Assembly (NCBI GenBank): GCA_048882485.1
Contig: JBHLRP010000031.1
Coordinates: 1 to 38,123, forward strand
Direction of reading: 5' to 3'
DNA from: Candidatus Thorarchaeota archaeon
GTDB lineage: Archaea; Asgardarchaeota; Thorarchaeia; Thorarchaeales; Thorarchaeaceae
Length of the DNA stretch: 38,123 bases
How positions within the stretch are numbered: the first letter of the stretch is position 1; every line of letters begins with the position of its first letter. Positions 9,586 through 18,681 of the stretch are shown here, piece after piece. The notes under the pieces are model-generated. The model did no database searches and was not told where the DNA came from. It worked only from the letters and a program-made list of their open reading frames with translations. A program made the translations under genes and the position numbers.

Positions 9586-10049
9586 TTTCCAGCACCTCCT
9601 GCTGCTGCTTTCTTTCGTTTCGATGGCGGGATTGATGGTTTAGCCAATGGACTAGGACCCAGTTTCTTGATGTTTTTAGTCATCTCGGTTATCCCCTCAG
9701 CCCATTGTTGACCCTCTGATGCACTTGCCCAAAGGAGCTTCAGTCTATCAGGATGCAGACCCATCAGACTCATAGCTGAGGAAAGAGCTTCATATCGGAC
9801 GAGCGTACGATAATTGCCGGTAGAATAGTGACAATCTCCAATGTGACATCCGCTAATCATAACGCCGTCAGCTCCATTTTTGAACGCTTGGAGAACCATC
9901 GACGGATCCACACGGCCGGAGCACATCAGGCGGATGACCTTTGCATTTGTGGGATACTGGATTCGGGAGATTCCGGCTAGATCAGCCCCTCCATATGAAC
10001 ACCAATTACAGGTGAAAGCTACAATATTCGGCTCAAAACGCTTGCTCAT
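9582..10049 (-). CDS. mvhD: MvhD/FlxD-type [2Fe-2S] subunit
   Basis: FTCNWCSYGGADLAG, RLMCSGRVDP, GCHIGDCHY, WASASEG. Confidence 0.95.
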   Translation of the reverse strand: MSKRFEPNIVAFTCNWCSYGGADLAGISRIQYPTNAKVIRLMCSGRVDPSMVLQAFKNGADGVMISGCHIGDCHYSTGNYRTLVRYEALSSAMSLMGLHPDRLKLLWASASEGQQWAEGITEMTKNIKKLGPSPLAKPSIPPSKRKKAAAGGAGK

Positions 10050-10960
10050 GTCGCTGCCCCTCCTTTTCCAGCTGCCTCTCCTTTGAGTTTAGCAACAAAG
10101 GAAGCAGTACTGGCAGTATGCTGCTGAAGTCCGATTTCCCTAGGACTAAAACCAAAAGCCAAAGCAAGTATCTGGGGGTAATGAAGGACTGGGATGTTTA
10201 GGTCTTCGATATCGTACTTGTTCTTGATAATTCTCTGGCCCATATCATGCTGTATGTGACATAATGAGCAGACGGTGACTAGTCCGTCGACATCAGCTTC
10301 CTTAGCATCAAGAAGACGTTCCTTTAGCACCTCATCCGCGAGGTCATCAGCTGTTCCTCTGAGAAGTCCTCCGCAGCACCTGTGTCTGCCCGCATAGTTC
10401 TTGCTGGTTGCTCCAATACCCTCCAGAATTTCGTCTGCAAATGTAGGTCGCTCAGAGTACTCTATGTTGAGGATCTCATGTGGCTTCAGCATATGGCATC
10501 CATAGCGAAGTCCAAGCTCAACACCTTCGAAATCCCTCACCATCTTGCTCTGAATGACATCAATACCAATCTCATGGTAGAAAAAGTCGATGAGGTGAAA
10601 CGCCTCAACAGTTCCATCGTATCTTAACCCAGCAGGCCGCAGAATGTTGTTGATTTGTTCATGGACCCCTGGATACTTCTTTATAGTGTGATTCACTCTC
10701 TTATATGAGTGAAAGCAGCCACTGCAAGGCGTAAGCATGTCTAGACCCATCTCCTCCGCCTTGGCTAGATTCCTAGCAGCAAAAGCTAGGCTAGTTGTGA
10801 GGTCCAGCGACTGCATCCAAAATGGAGCGCAGCAAGTCTCGTTTGGAACATCAACTATTTCAACATCGAGATGATCAAGGACTTTTCGAGTGGCCGCTTC
10901 ATAACCAAGAAGCGAGCGTCGTGAAGGGACTAGGCATCCCCAAGCGATTGCCATCTTCAT
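10046..10960 (-). CDS. hdrB: Heterodisulfide reductase subunit B
   Basis: WGC, TCCAP, PCSGC, YGCH, CCGG and VCSLCHIQHD CCG-domain motifs. Confidence 0.92.
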   Translation of the reverse strand: MKMAIAWGCLVPSRRSLLGYEAATRKVLDHLDVEIVDVPNETCCAPFWMQSLDLTTSLAFAARNLAKAEEMGLDMLTPCSGCFHSYKRVNHTIKKYPGVHEQINNILRPAGLRYDGTVEAFHLIDFFYHEIGIDVIQSKMVRDFEGVELGLRYGCHMLKPHEILNIEYSERPTFADEILEGIGATSKNYAGRHRCCGGLLRGTADDLADEVLKERLLDAKEADVDGLVTVCSLCHIQHDMGQRIIKNKYDIEDLNIPVLHYPQILALAFGFSPREIGLQQHTASTASFVAKLKGEAAGKGGAAT

Positions 10961-11523
10961 TTCGATGTATCCCTCCCTTTGTAAAGCGCCAAGATCTTGT
11001 CAAATCCAGATGCCTGAATGATCTTGCTAATCTCCTCCATTGCAGGTTCCTGTAAGGGAGGAAGATCCAACTTCTCACGCATTCTGTCTACCGCGAATGT
11101 CTTCGGAACAACTCGACCGTGTGCTACCACAGTCCTAGCCATCTCCAAATAGCCATCAGCTGCATAGCCCTCTTTAACTGCCATATTCCGGAGGATTGTC
11201 ACGATGTCAGTGAAGTTGACTTCCTGAACGCACCGCTCCTCACAAGTGAAGCAAGCGGCACACATCCAGATGTCTTCGCTGGTCAACACTAGATCCTTTA
11301 GGCCCAGCAGTACATTTCCAAGCACTTTTCTGGGTCGATAATCAGTCACTGCTCCAACCGGACAGCCTCCACTGCAGGCTCCACATTTTAGGCAGCGTAA
11401 GAGCCCCTCTCCCCCAACGTGACTTGCCACCTCATACTTGAATCCCCTATTTACATCTTCATCATGTATTGGAGCATCATCTCGTTGGGTCCTGACTTCA
11501 TCAGTCTGTCCCATGTTCGTCAC
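10957..11523 (-). CDS. hdrC: Heterodisulfide reductase subunit C
   Basis: CLKCGACSGGCP and WMCAACFTCEERC; start GTG 11523 or ATG 11514. Confidence 0.92.
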   Translation of the reverse strand: MTNMGQTDEVRTQRDDAPIHDEDVNRGFKYEVASHVGGEGLLRCLKCGACSGGCPVGAVTDYRPRKVLGNVLLGLKDLVLTSEDIWMCAACFTCEERCVQEVNFTDIVTILRNMAVKEGYAADGYLEMARTVVAHGRVVPKTFAVDRMREKLDLPPLQEPAMEEISKIIQASGFDKILALYKGRDTSK

Positions 11524-11653
11524 CCAGTACCCCTGTCTGATCCCTGATATGCATTCGATGGTATCGGGGTTCAGTTGAATACAAGTCTCGATGTCCCGAG
11601 ACGAGTAAGAGCCAATGCCACGCTTTCGATGTCCCTACTTTGAATCAGGTTTC

Positions 11654-11670
11654 ATGTTCAATATCGTACA
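11654..11670. promoter_or_regulatory. Imperfect palindrome ATGTTCAATATCGTACA, operator-like
   Basis: Matches 4414-4430 at 12 of the first 13 positions. Confidence 0.45.
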
Positions 11671-11693
11671 AAGTAATATGGGCAAATCGAAGT

Positions 11694-11704
11694 ATTATAT
11701 CTCT
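11694..11704 (-). promoter_or_regulatory. Putative TATA box of hdr operon A
   Basis: Minus-strand AGAGATATAAT, matching the 4336-4346 element. Confidence 0.45.
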
Positions 11705-11988
11705 GACGATTCTGAATTCCATTCAACTATAAGCAATCACTAATGTTATGCTAAGTAATTCTTGAATATCGTGATTGAAAACATACATTTCCGGACATAT
11801 CATGTCGAGGGGACATTTTCGTTGTCCAACTGACTCTAATCACTCATCACAGCAAATATGGCCTATGTCGACTACACAAAAGCTGCGAGATTTGCGATTT
11901 CTCTAACGTTTTTCATTATTGGTGATTTGCGAATCCATTCAATACACCATTTAATGAGTAACAGAAACGGGCAAATGATGTTTGAAAT

Positions 11989-13128
11989 CTAAAGCGTCTG
12001 GATCAGTTCATCAAATCTAGACAAGCCTGCTTTCAGCTTCTCCGAGTCATAGCCAAATCCAATTCTGAGATACTTCTCCATGCCAAAGTGCTCTCCAGGA
12101 ATGATTAACAGACTCTTCTCACGCAGCAATCGGTCAACTAGCTCAAGTGAACTGATGGGAAGGCTATGCTTGGGAAAGCATATTGCGGCCGCTTGAGGAG
12201 GAATGTACTCGAAGATTCCGGATCGCTCATCCAGCCACTCCTTAAGTAAGTTCCAATTCTTCATCACTATGCCTGCGGTTCTCCCTAGTATCTTCTCACG
12301 CATCTTCGGTTGTAGGGCAATTGTAGCCAGCATATCACTAAGCTTTCCGGGACAGATTGTAGTATAGTCAGAGTAAGACCACAACTCCTTTGTGTGTGGC
12401 TCCATGGAGGTCAAGAGCCACCCTAGTCGAAGTCCAGGAAGACCGTACGCCTTGGACAGACTATTTGTGACAATGACCTTATCATATACCCCAAAAATAC
12501 TCGGACTCATTTTTGACTCGAGCTCAGCGCCCTGATAGATCTCATCTGAGACAACCCATGCGTCAACATCTGCTGCAATGTCAGAGATCGCCTTCAAGTG
12601 ATTCACATCAAAGATAGCACCTGTTGGATTATTCGGATTGCAGACTAGAATAGCTGCAGTCTTGCTTGATACTGCGTTCTTCAGTCCTTCCAAATCAGGA
12701 AGCCACTGGTTTCCCTCCATTTGAAGATAATATGGGACTACTACACCGCCCAAGCCCAGTGTGAGGCCATGCATCTGCATGTAATTGGGAAGCATCATGA
12801 CAATCTCGTTGCGGTTCTTATGCTCATACAACAGATTCCAGATGGCGATGAAGTTAGCCTCCGCCCCCCCATTAGTCACAAGTACATTATCTGCTGTCGC
12901 GCCTTCATACATTCCAGCTATAGTCTCTCGAAGCTTAACGGTACCATTAGTCTGCGAATAGCCAATGCCTGTCTTAAGCAATGCATCAAGCTGTTCATCG
13001 TCATGAATCAAGTCAGCAATCGATAAGGGACTTACCCCGCTCTCTGTGAGATTGATCTCAACAATATTCTCCCATTCGGATTGCATCCGCTCCATTTCAA
13101 AAGCATCAAGCTTCAATATTCTCACCAA
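11989..13128 (-). CDS. PLP-dependent aminotransferase class I/II
   Basis: CNPNNPTG, SDEIY and SLSKAYGLPGLRLGW (PLP lysine); exact start uncertain. Confidence 0.93.
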   Translation of the reverse strand: MVRILKLDAFEMERMQSEWENIVEINLTESGVSPLSIADLIHDDEQLDALLKTGIGYSQTNGTVKLRETIAGMYEGATADNVLVTNGGAEANFIAIWNLLYEHKNRNEIVMMLPNYMQMHGLTLGLGGVVVPYYLQMEGNQWLPDLEGLKNAVSSKTAAILVCNPNNPTGAIFDVNHLKAISDIAADVDAWVVSDEIYQGAELESKMSPSIFGVYDKVIVTNSLSKAYGLPGLRLGWLLTSMEPHTKELWSYSDYTTICPGKLSDMLATIALQPKMREKILGRTAGIVMKNWNLLKEWLDERSGIFEYIPPQAAAICFPKHSLPISSLELVDRLLREKSLLIIPGEHFGMEKYLRIGFGYDSEKLKAGLSRFDELIQTL

Positions 13129-13220
13129 CAGCTAAACAGTTGCCTCGAGGTTTGGCCCAATCCGAGCTATATAAGAAGTCCGAAGCAGCCTGCGAGGTTT
13201 AACAGGGAGAAGGATAAGTA

Positions 13221-14123
13221 TTGGATGAATTCGCTTTTGGTGTCATCTTAGGAGTGTTGGGTGCATTATTCTTTGCTGTTCAAAATGTTGTCATTAAGTG
13301 GATAGGAGAAGATGTTCGACCAGTTGCCGCCAATTCGATTCGAGTTTGGATTGCGCTCCCCATTGTTTTCTTCATAGCAGTCAATCCTTTTCGTCAAGCC
13401 AACCTTGCACTACCGCTAGAAACCTATATAGCTCTTGCATTGTCTGTATTCTTCGCCGCAGGTTTTGGTGATGCAGTCTATTACCAAAGTCAGGATAGAA
13501 TCGGGGTTTCTTCTGCATTTGCCATAACAAACACCTATCCAATAGTGACCTATATCCTAGCAATTCCATTTCTTGGTGACTTGTGGATTCCAGTCCGTTT
13601 CCTTGGAGTGGTCCTAGCCATTTCTGGCATCATTCTGATTTCACGGGAACAGGATGTTCAATATCCTGACGAACCTGAAATGAATACGAAAGGATTAGAT
13701 AAGATTGGATACTTGTTGGCGGCTACCACAGCTATAATGTTTGCATTGGCGACCATTATGGTGGATATTGGAACCGCTGATGTTGATCCATTGGATGCCA
13801 ATATGATAAGATTAGCATGTGGGTCACTGATGCTTATGCCGACATTCTATTTCTCTAGACGAATGGGGATGCGAATGCCATCCAGACGAGGAATCAAAGT
13901 TGTAGCCGGTGCTGCAATTCTCGGGATGGCCTTGGCTTCCACTTTCTGGGTTGCATCAGTGAAATTCGTTGGTGCAACAATAAGCGCTGTCTTGGGTTCG
14001 ACATCACCACTTTTTGCATTGCCCCTCTCCATGAGATATCTCGATGAAACAGTCAATTGGAAGGTAGGACTAGGAACACTTGCAACGATAATAGGGATAT
14101 GGATAACTCTGATTGCCGGATGA
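13221..14123 (+). CDS. EamA/DMT family transporter
   Basis: About 10 hydrophobic segments in two repeats with a polar linker; GD..Y..SQDRIGV motif shared with 22687..23601. Confidence 0.9.
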   Translation: MDEFAFGVILGVLGALFFAVQNVVIKWIGEDVRPVAANSIRVWIALPIVFFIAVNPFRQANLALPLETYIALALSVFFAAGFGDAVYYQSQDRIGVSSAFAITNTYPIVTYILAIPFLGDLWIPVRFLGVVLAISGIILISREQDVQYPDEPEMNTKGLDKIGYLLAATTAIMFALATIMVDIGTADVDPLDANMIRLACGSLMLMPTFYFSRRMGMRMPSRRGIKVVAGAAILGMALASTFWVASVKFVGATISAVLGSTSPLFALPLSMRYLDETVNWKVGLGTLATIIGIWITLIAG

Positions 14124-14144
14124 GCGGGATCTATCTATTTGATT

Positions 14145-16028
14145 CTATTCAACTATTTCAAAGAGTGATGGTGAGATGCAATCTCCATGCGCCTGCTTTG
14201 TTTCCAGTAATCTTTCTCTTTGCTCATTCAGCAGAATGTACAGAATTTCTGGGGCATCGGATACGCACTCGTTGTATTCTTGTTCGACTCTATCGATTTT
14301 CGCCAGCAATTCAGGGACACGTATCATGAATTGCTTCTCATATTGCTCCACTGTGTATTCCTTATCCAAATGCTCTTTGAAGAGCCGCTTCACATCTTCG
14401 AACAATGGTATGTATCCTGTAGGTGTTCTTCTCGCCTTTGCTTCTCCGTGAACCCGTAGATCCATCCATTGAAGCCAAACTCGTTTGTCTGCCTTGTCAG
14501 TAATGAAGTTTCCATCATCATCTCTCTGGAAGTAGTTCACACTGAATATCTTTGGGACCTTTTCGAGTGATTCAGCAAAGACCAGATGGTTATTGATGTA
14601 ATTGCCCAACGGAATTGAAATGAAGTCCATGTTGGAGAATGCCTGAAACTTTCGGACTCCACTTGGGCCAAGAGTTGCAGCAGTAGACTCCGACTCCAGA
14701 CTCGCACCCATAGTGATTACTCCATGGGCCCAATCAAACGATTCCTGTACAGGTACCCATGTATCAGCGTCCCTTCCTCCATAGATAACTGCACCAACTT
14801 CTACTCCATTTGGGTCTTCGAGAGTCTTGTCAACATTGGACAGACCCTCTAGGCCTATCGTATATCTTGCATTCTTGTGAGCATAGGGAATATCTTCACC
14901 GTTTACGTCCTTCTTCCCCTCAAACCAGTCTCCTGAGAAATTGATACCCCTCTTCGGCGGATTTCGGCCGTCCTCTAGCCAATATGGAATTCCGTCATAA
15001 CTTACCAAGACATTGGAGAAGATGGCGGGCTCATGCGAATTAAGCACCTCCCATATTACAGGATCGCTCTTTGCACTCACTGAGCGGATTATACCGAAGA
15101 TTCCCCGTTCAACATTTACTGCGGTCGCGACACCATCAATATTCTTGATATACGCTAAATCATCACCTACTATTGTGCAGCCAGGAATCATTGACGTACT
15201 TGTCTTTCCACAGCCGGATGGAAATGCACCAGTCATGTATGTCTTCCGTCCATTTGAGCCAAAAACTGACATCAGAAACATATGCTCAGCTAGCCAGCCC
15301 TCTCTGTCAGCCTTTCGTATTGCCAGACGGAGAGACAGTTTCTTCAGCCCTATGGAATTCCCAGCATACTGGGTGTTGAAACTGTACACAATATTCTCTT
15401 TGTAGTCAATGGCAACTCCTCTGTTCTGCCAATCAATACTCACGGAATGGATCAGCTTGCCGGAACTGTGAAGCATCTGAAAGATCTCTGCATCTTCTGG
15501 TAGTCTGCGAAAGTAGTCATAACCTCGCCTGTATAGCAAGTCCTCACTGTGTGCCACATAGAATGAGTCGGTGATTTGAATAACTGGAATCGAGAACACT
15601 GAATCTCTTGGTCCAAGGCAGAAGAAACGCACAACCATCTTTTTGTGTTCCATACTTCCCCTTAGTCTATCCTGTACCATTTCGAGACCTTTCTTCCTAT
15701 CCATCTGGTTTAGCTGCTCCCCCAGGGTTTCACCCTCAGGAACGAGATAGGTGGTCTGCTCTCTATCCCGCGCTTGGTCATGCAATCCATCAAAGTGAAC
15801 CGTGTGCGTTGGAATTGCAAGAGGAGTCTCCTCGCCCCGTGCAATAGCTGTCCTTCTGATATACTCTACATCCATCCTACTATCATCACAGATGAATACC
15901 TTCATTGGATCGCATAGCTCGATAGCGTCAGCGATGAACTTGTGCACTTTCTTGTTGGGAATCGTAAGCAACTTGCGTAGATTGGCATCAGTCAGGCGTG
16001 ACTCGAGGACAGTCATGTAATCATTCAT
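14145..16028 (-). CDS. pckG: Phosphoenolpyruvate carboxykinase (GTP)
   Basis: YAGNSIGLKK, WLAEHM, GAFPSGCGKTS, VGDDLA, NARY, YGGRD, FSVNYF; GAGGTG upstream of the start. Confidence 0.96.
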   Translation of the reverse strand: MNDYMTVLESRLTDANLRKLLTIPNKKVHKFIADAIELCDPMKVFICDDSRMDVEYIRRTAIARGEETPLAIPTHTVHFDGLHDQARDREQTTYLVPEGETLGEQLNQMDRKKGLEMVQDRLRGSMEHKKMVVRFFCLGPRDSVFSIPVIQITDSFYVAHSEDLLYRRGYDYFRRLPEDAEIFQMLHSSGKLIHSVSIDWQNRGVAIDYKENIVYSFNTQYAGNSIGLKKLSLRLAIRKADREGWLAEHMFLMSVFGSNGRKTYMTGAFPSGCGKTSTSMIPGCTIVGDDLAYIKNIDGVATAVNVERGIFGIIRSVSAKSDPVIWEVLNSHEPAIFSNVLVSYDGIPYWLEDGRNPPKRGINFSGDWFEGKKDVNGEDIPYAHKNARYTIGLEGLSNVDKTLEDPNGVEVGAVIYGGRDADTWVPVQESFDWAHGVITMGASLESESTAATLGPSGVRKFQAFSNMDFISIPLGNYINNHLVFAESLEKVPKIFSVNYFQRDDDGNFITDKADKRVWLQWMDLRVHGEAKARRTPTGYIPLFEDVKRLFKEHLDKEYTVEQYEKQFMIRVPELLAKIDRVEQEYNECVSDAPEILYILLNEQRERLLETKQAHGDCISPSLFEIVE

Positions 16029-16273
16029 GTGAACACCTCAAATGCTGGATACCCAACGAGCGCGCATGAAATGATTGGAATATAACATCCGCGCCAGCTG
16101 CAATGTCGCGAAAGGCTCATGCCTTTAACACTTTCTGTGCCATTTGAAAAAAGTGCCATTCAGCCTGTAGTCATTGGGCAAGAAGGGAACACTCAAATGT
16201 CGGCTAGAAACGAAGGCAGACCGTGCCTAGCTTAATTGTGTAGATGACTAGCTGCTGCTCGGAGTGTGTATGG

Positions 16274-18460
16274 ATGCTCAAGGAGTTCGATTATGATGTG
16301 CCAAAGATTGAGCGGGGGTATGCCAATCAGACCCTTTACATCAATCTCAATAGCAATTCTATCGAGATAAAGCCTGTCGATAAAAAGATGAAGGACACAT
16401 TTACTGGTGGAAAGGGCTACGACCTTTGGCTGATGTGGAATGGGCTTCCCAAAGACCGTATCGTAGCCTGGGATGATTCAGAAAACGAGATTTGCATTGC
16501 CAATGGCCCCCTGGGCGGAGTGACTCAATATCCTGGTGCAGGCAAATCTATTGTTACTACTATATCTCCAATGACGGGGATTCCAATCGATAGCAATGTT
16601 GGCGGCTACTTCGGTCCGCATCTCAAATTCTCTGGATTCGATGCAATGGAGATTCAAGGGAAGGCTGAGAAGGACGTCTATGTGCTTATTGATGGAGATG
16701 TCGGCAGGATAGAGATACATGATGCTATAGACCTTCCAGACACAGCTTATGAGATAACGCGAGTCCTTTCAGATCGACACACTAGCAAAGAAGGGAAAGA
16801 CATCTCTGTAGTGACTGCAGGGCCTGGTGGAGAACATGCCTACATGAGCTGTCTGAACTTCTCGTGGTGGGATATGAGAAGGAACATTCCCAGGTACAAG
16901 CAGGCTGGTCGTGGAGGCATAGGTACAGTCTTTCGGAACAAGAAGCTCAAGGCACTTGTCGCCAAACTTGAGAAGATTACTCTGGAGATGAACGGCCCTG
17001 CAGACATTGAAGCTGTGAAGAAGGTAGGTCGCGAGCACTCGAAGGAGATTCTTGACTTGGACCCGAAACAGAATAGAATGAGAACACTTGGGACTGTTCA
17101 CTTGCCATCAATCATGAATGAATTCGATTTGCTGCCTACACGCAACTTCCGTGCTGGGAGTGACCCAGAGGCAGAGAAGATCTTTGGAGAAGTATGGGAG
17201 AACATCTTCACAGACCATTCAAAGGGATGGGATGGCTGTTGGCGTCCTTGTGCGATTAACTGCTCACATTGCATAGAGAACTTTGAACCCAAGACAGGCC
17301 CGTTCAAGGGAAAGAAAGTCGTCGTCGATGGTCCAGAATATGAAACAATAGCCGGATGTGGCTCCAACCTAGGTATCTTTAATCCACACTGGGTTGCAGA
17401 ACTCAACTTCTATTGCGATGCATATGGAATCGACACCATCAGTTTTGGCACTACGATGGGCTTTGTCATGGAGCTGTTTGAGGAGGGCTATATCAACGAG
17501 AAAGTCACTGGAGGGCATGTGCTGAATTGGGGCGCTGCAGAAGCTGCCCTTGCGCTGCTTCATGAGATTGCTGAGGGCAAGGGATTTGGTGGCGAGCACT
17601 TTGGCAAAGGAGTTGCTTACCTTAAGAAGCACTTTGCAGAGGTATGTGACGTCAATGCAAATCATATGCATGATATAGGAATGGAGCACAAGGGCCTGGA
17701 ATACTCAGAATATGTCACAAAAGAGAGCCTTGCACAACAAGGCGGCTACGGTCTGACACTCAAGGGTCCCCAGCATGATGAGGCGTGGTTGATCTTCATG
17801 GATCAAGTCCACAATTACGTGCCAACTTTTGAGGACAAGGCGGAAGCACTTCATTATTTCCCGATGTGGCGAACATGGTTCGGCCTTAATGGACTGTGCA
17901 AGCTTCCGTGGAATGATGTTGTACCAGCTGATAATGCAGATACTGATGAACCTGCGAAAGTTCCTAAACACGTTGAATTCTATTCAAGATTCTTCTCTGC
18001 GATGACAGGCATAGAGTCTGATGGAGATGCACTTATTCTAAGGAGCGAGAGGGTCTATAATTTCCAGCGAATCTTCAACATTCGACAAGGAAAGGGCTTG
18101 AGGATTAATGACTCCAATCCTCCCTATCGGAGTGTGGGTCCAGTCACAAATTGGGAGTATGAGAGTAGGCAGGAGAGATACAACACGTTCCTGCAGGAGA
18201 AGTGCGGCATCGATTGCTCAAACATGACAACTACGGAAAAAGTGGCTAAACTCCGTGGATACCGAGAAGAGCAATACAAACTGTTAGCTGATGCAGCATA
18301 CAAGCGTCGTGGTTGGACTCGCAACGGTGTGCCCACTATGGAGAATATCAAGAAGCTAGGTCTTGATTGGATGCCTGAGGTTGTTAAGATCGTGAGGAAG
18401 TATGAAGGAACAGAACCTCCGAAGGATACGCTTCCAGCTTCTGATGAAGCCTGGATATAG
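16274..18460 (+). CDS. aor: Tungsten-dependent aldehyde:ferredoxin oxidoreductase family protein
   Basis: SPMTG..DSNVGG, KQAGRGGIG, CWRPCAINC, DGPEYET, CDAYGIDTIS, GLCKLPW, RRGWTRNGVP. GGAG at 16261 supports ATG 16274. Confidence 0.92.
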   Translation: MLKEFDYDVPKIERGYANQTLYINLNSNSIEIKPVDKKMKDTFTGGKGYDLWLMWNGLPKDRIVAWDDSENEICIANGPLGGVTQYPGAGKSIVTTISPMTGIPIDSNVGGYFGPHLKFSGFDAMEIQGKAEKDVYVLIDGDVGRIEIHDAIDLPDTAYEITRVLSDRHTSKEGKDISVVTAGPGGEHAYMSCLNFSWWDMRRNIPRYKQAGRGGIGTVFRNKKLKALVAKLEKITLEMNGPADIEAVKKVGREHSKEILDLDPKQNRMRTLGTVHLPSIMNEFDLLPTRNFRAGSDPEAEKIFGEVWENIFTDHSKGWDGCWRPCAINCSHCIENFEPKTGPFKGKKVVVDGPEYETIAGCGSNLGIFNPHWVAELNFYCDAYGIDTISFGTTMGFVMELFEEGYINEKVTGGHVLNWGAAEAALALLHEIAEGKGFGGEHFGKGVAYLKKHFAEVCDVNANHMHDIGMEHKGLEYSEYVTKESLAQQGGYGLTLKGPQHDEAWLIFMDQVHNYVPTFEDKAEALHYFPMWRTWFGLNGLCKLPWNDVVPADNADTDEPAKVPKHVEFYSRFFSAMTGIESDGDALILRSERVYNFQRIFNIRQGKGLRINDSNPPYRSVGPVTNWEYESRQERYNTFLQEKCGIDCSNMTTTEKVAKLRGYREEQYKLLADAAYKRRGWTRNGVPTMENIKKLGLDWMPEVVKIVRKYEGTEPPKDTLPASDEAWI

Positions 18461-18681
18461 GATTCGCTTTTTGGCTATCACCTGAAACCAAGGAATTGCT
18501 TTTAGGCTTGGAGCTGAAGGCTATCGATCTTATCTTGGCCTATCTTGAGTGTACCTTCTGAAGAGAAGCTGACTCTTTTGCGCAAGACACTAAAAGGTAG
18601 CTTGGAAAAAGGTACACAAGTCAACGTGAAGTAGATACTGCGTGCTGAAAGGAGGGACCGAGTTCGCCTCGCATCTGCAAA

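Noticed and set aside
33-11523. Selenocysteine recoding in hdrA/mvhD, known in some Asgard archaea and methanogens
   Set aside because: All frames are uninterrupted and the relevant positions are Cys (DCSAC, DCAIC, CNWC, GCHIGDC). TGA stops coincide with ATGA/GTGA gene overlaps.
33-11523. Evidence for methanogenesis
   Set aside because: Hdr alone is not diagnostic, and no mcr or mtr genes are in the window.
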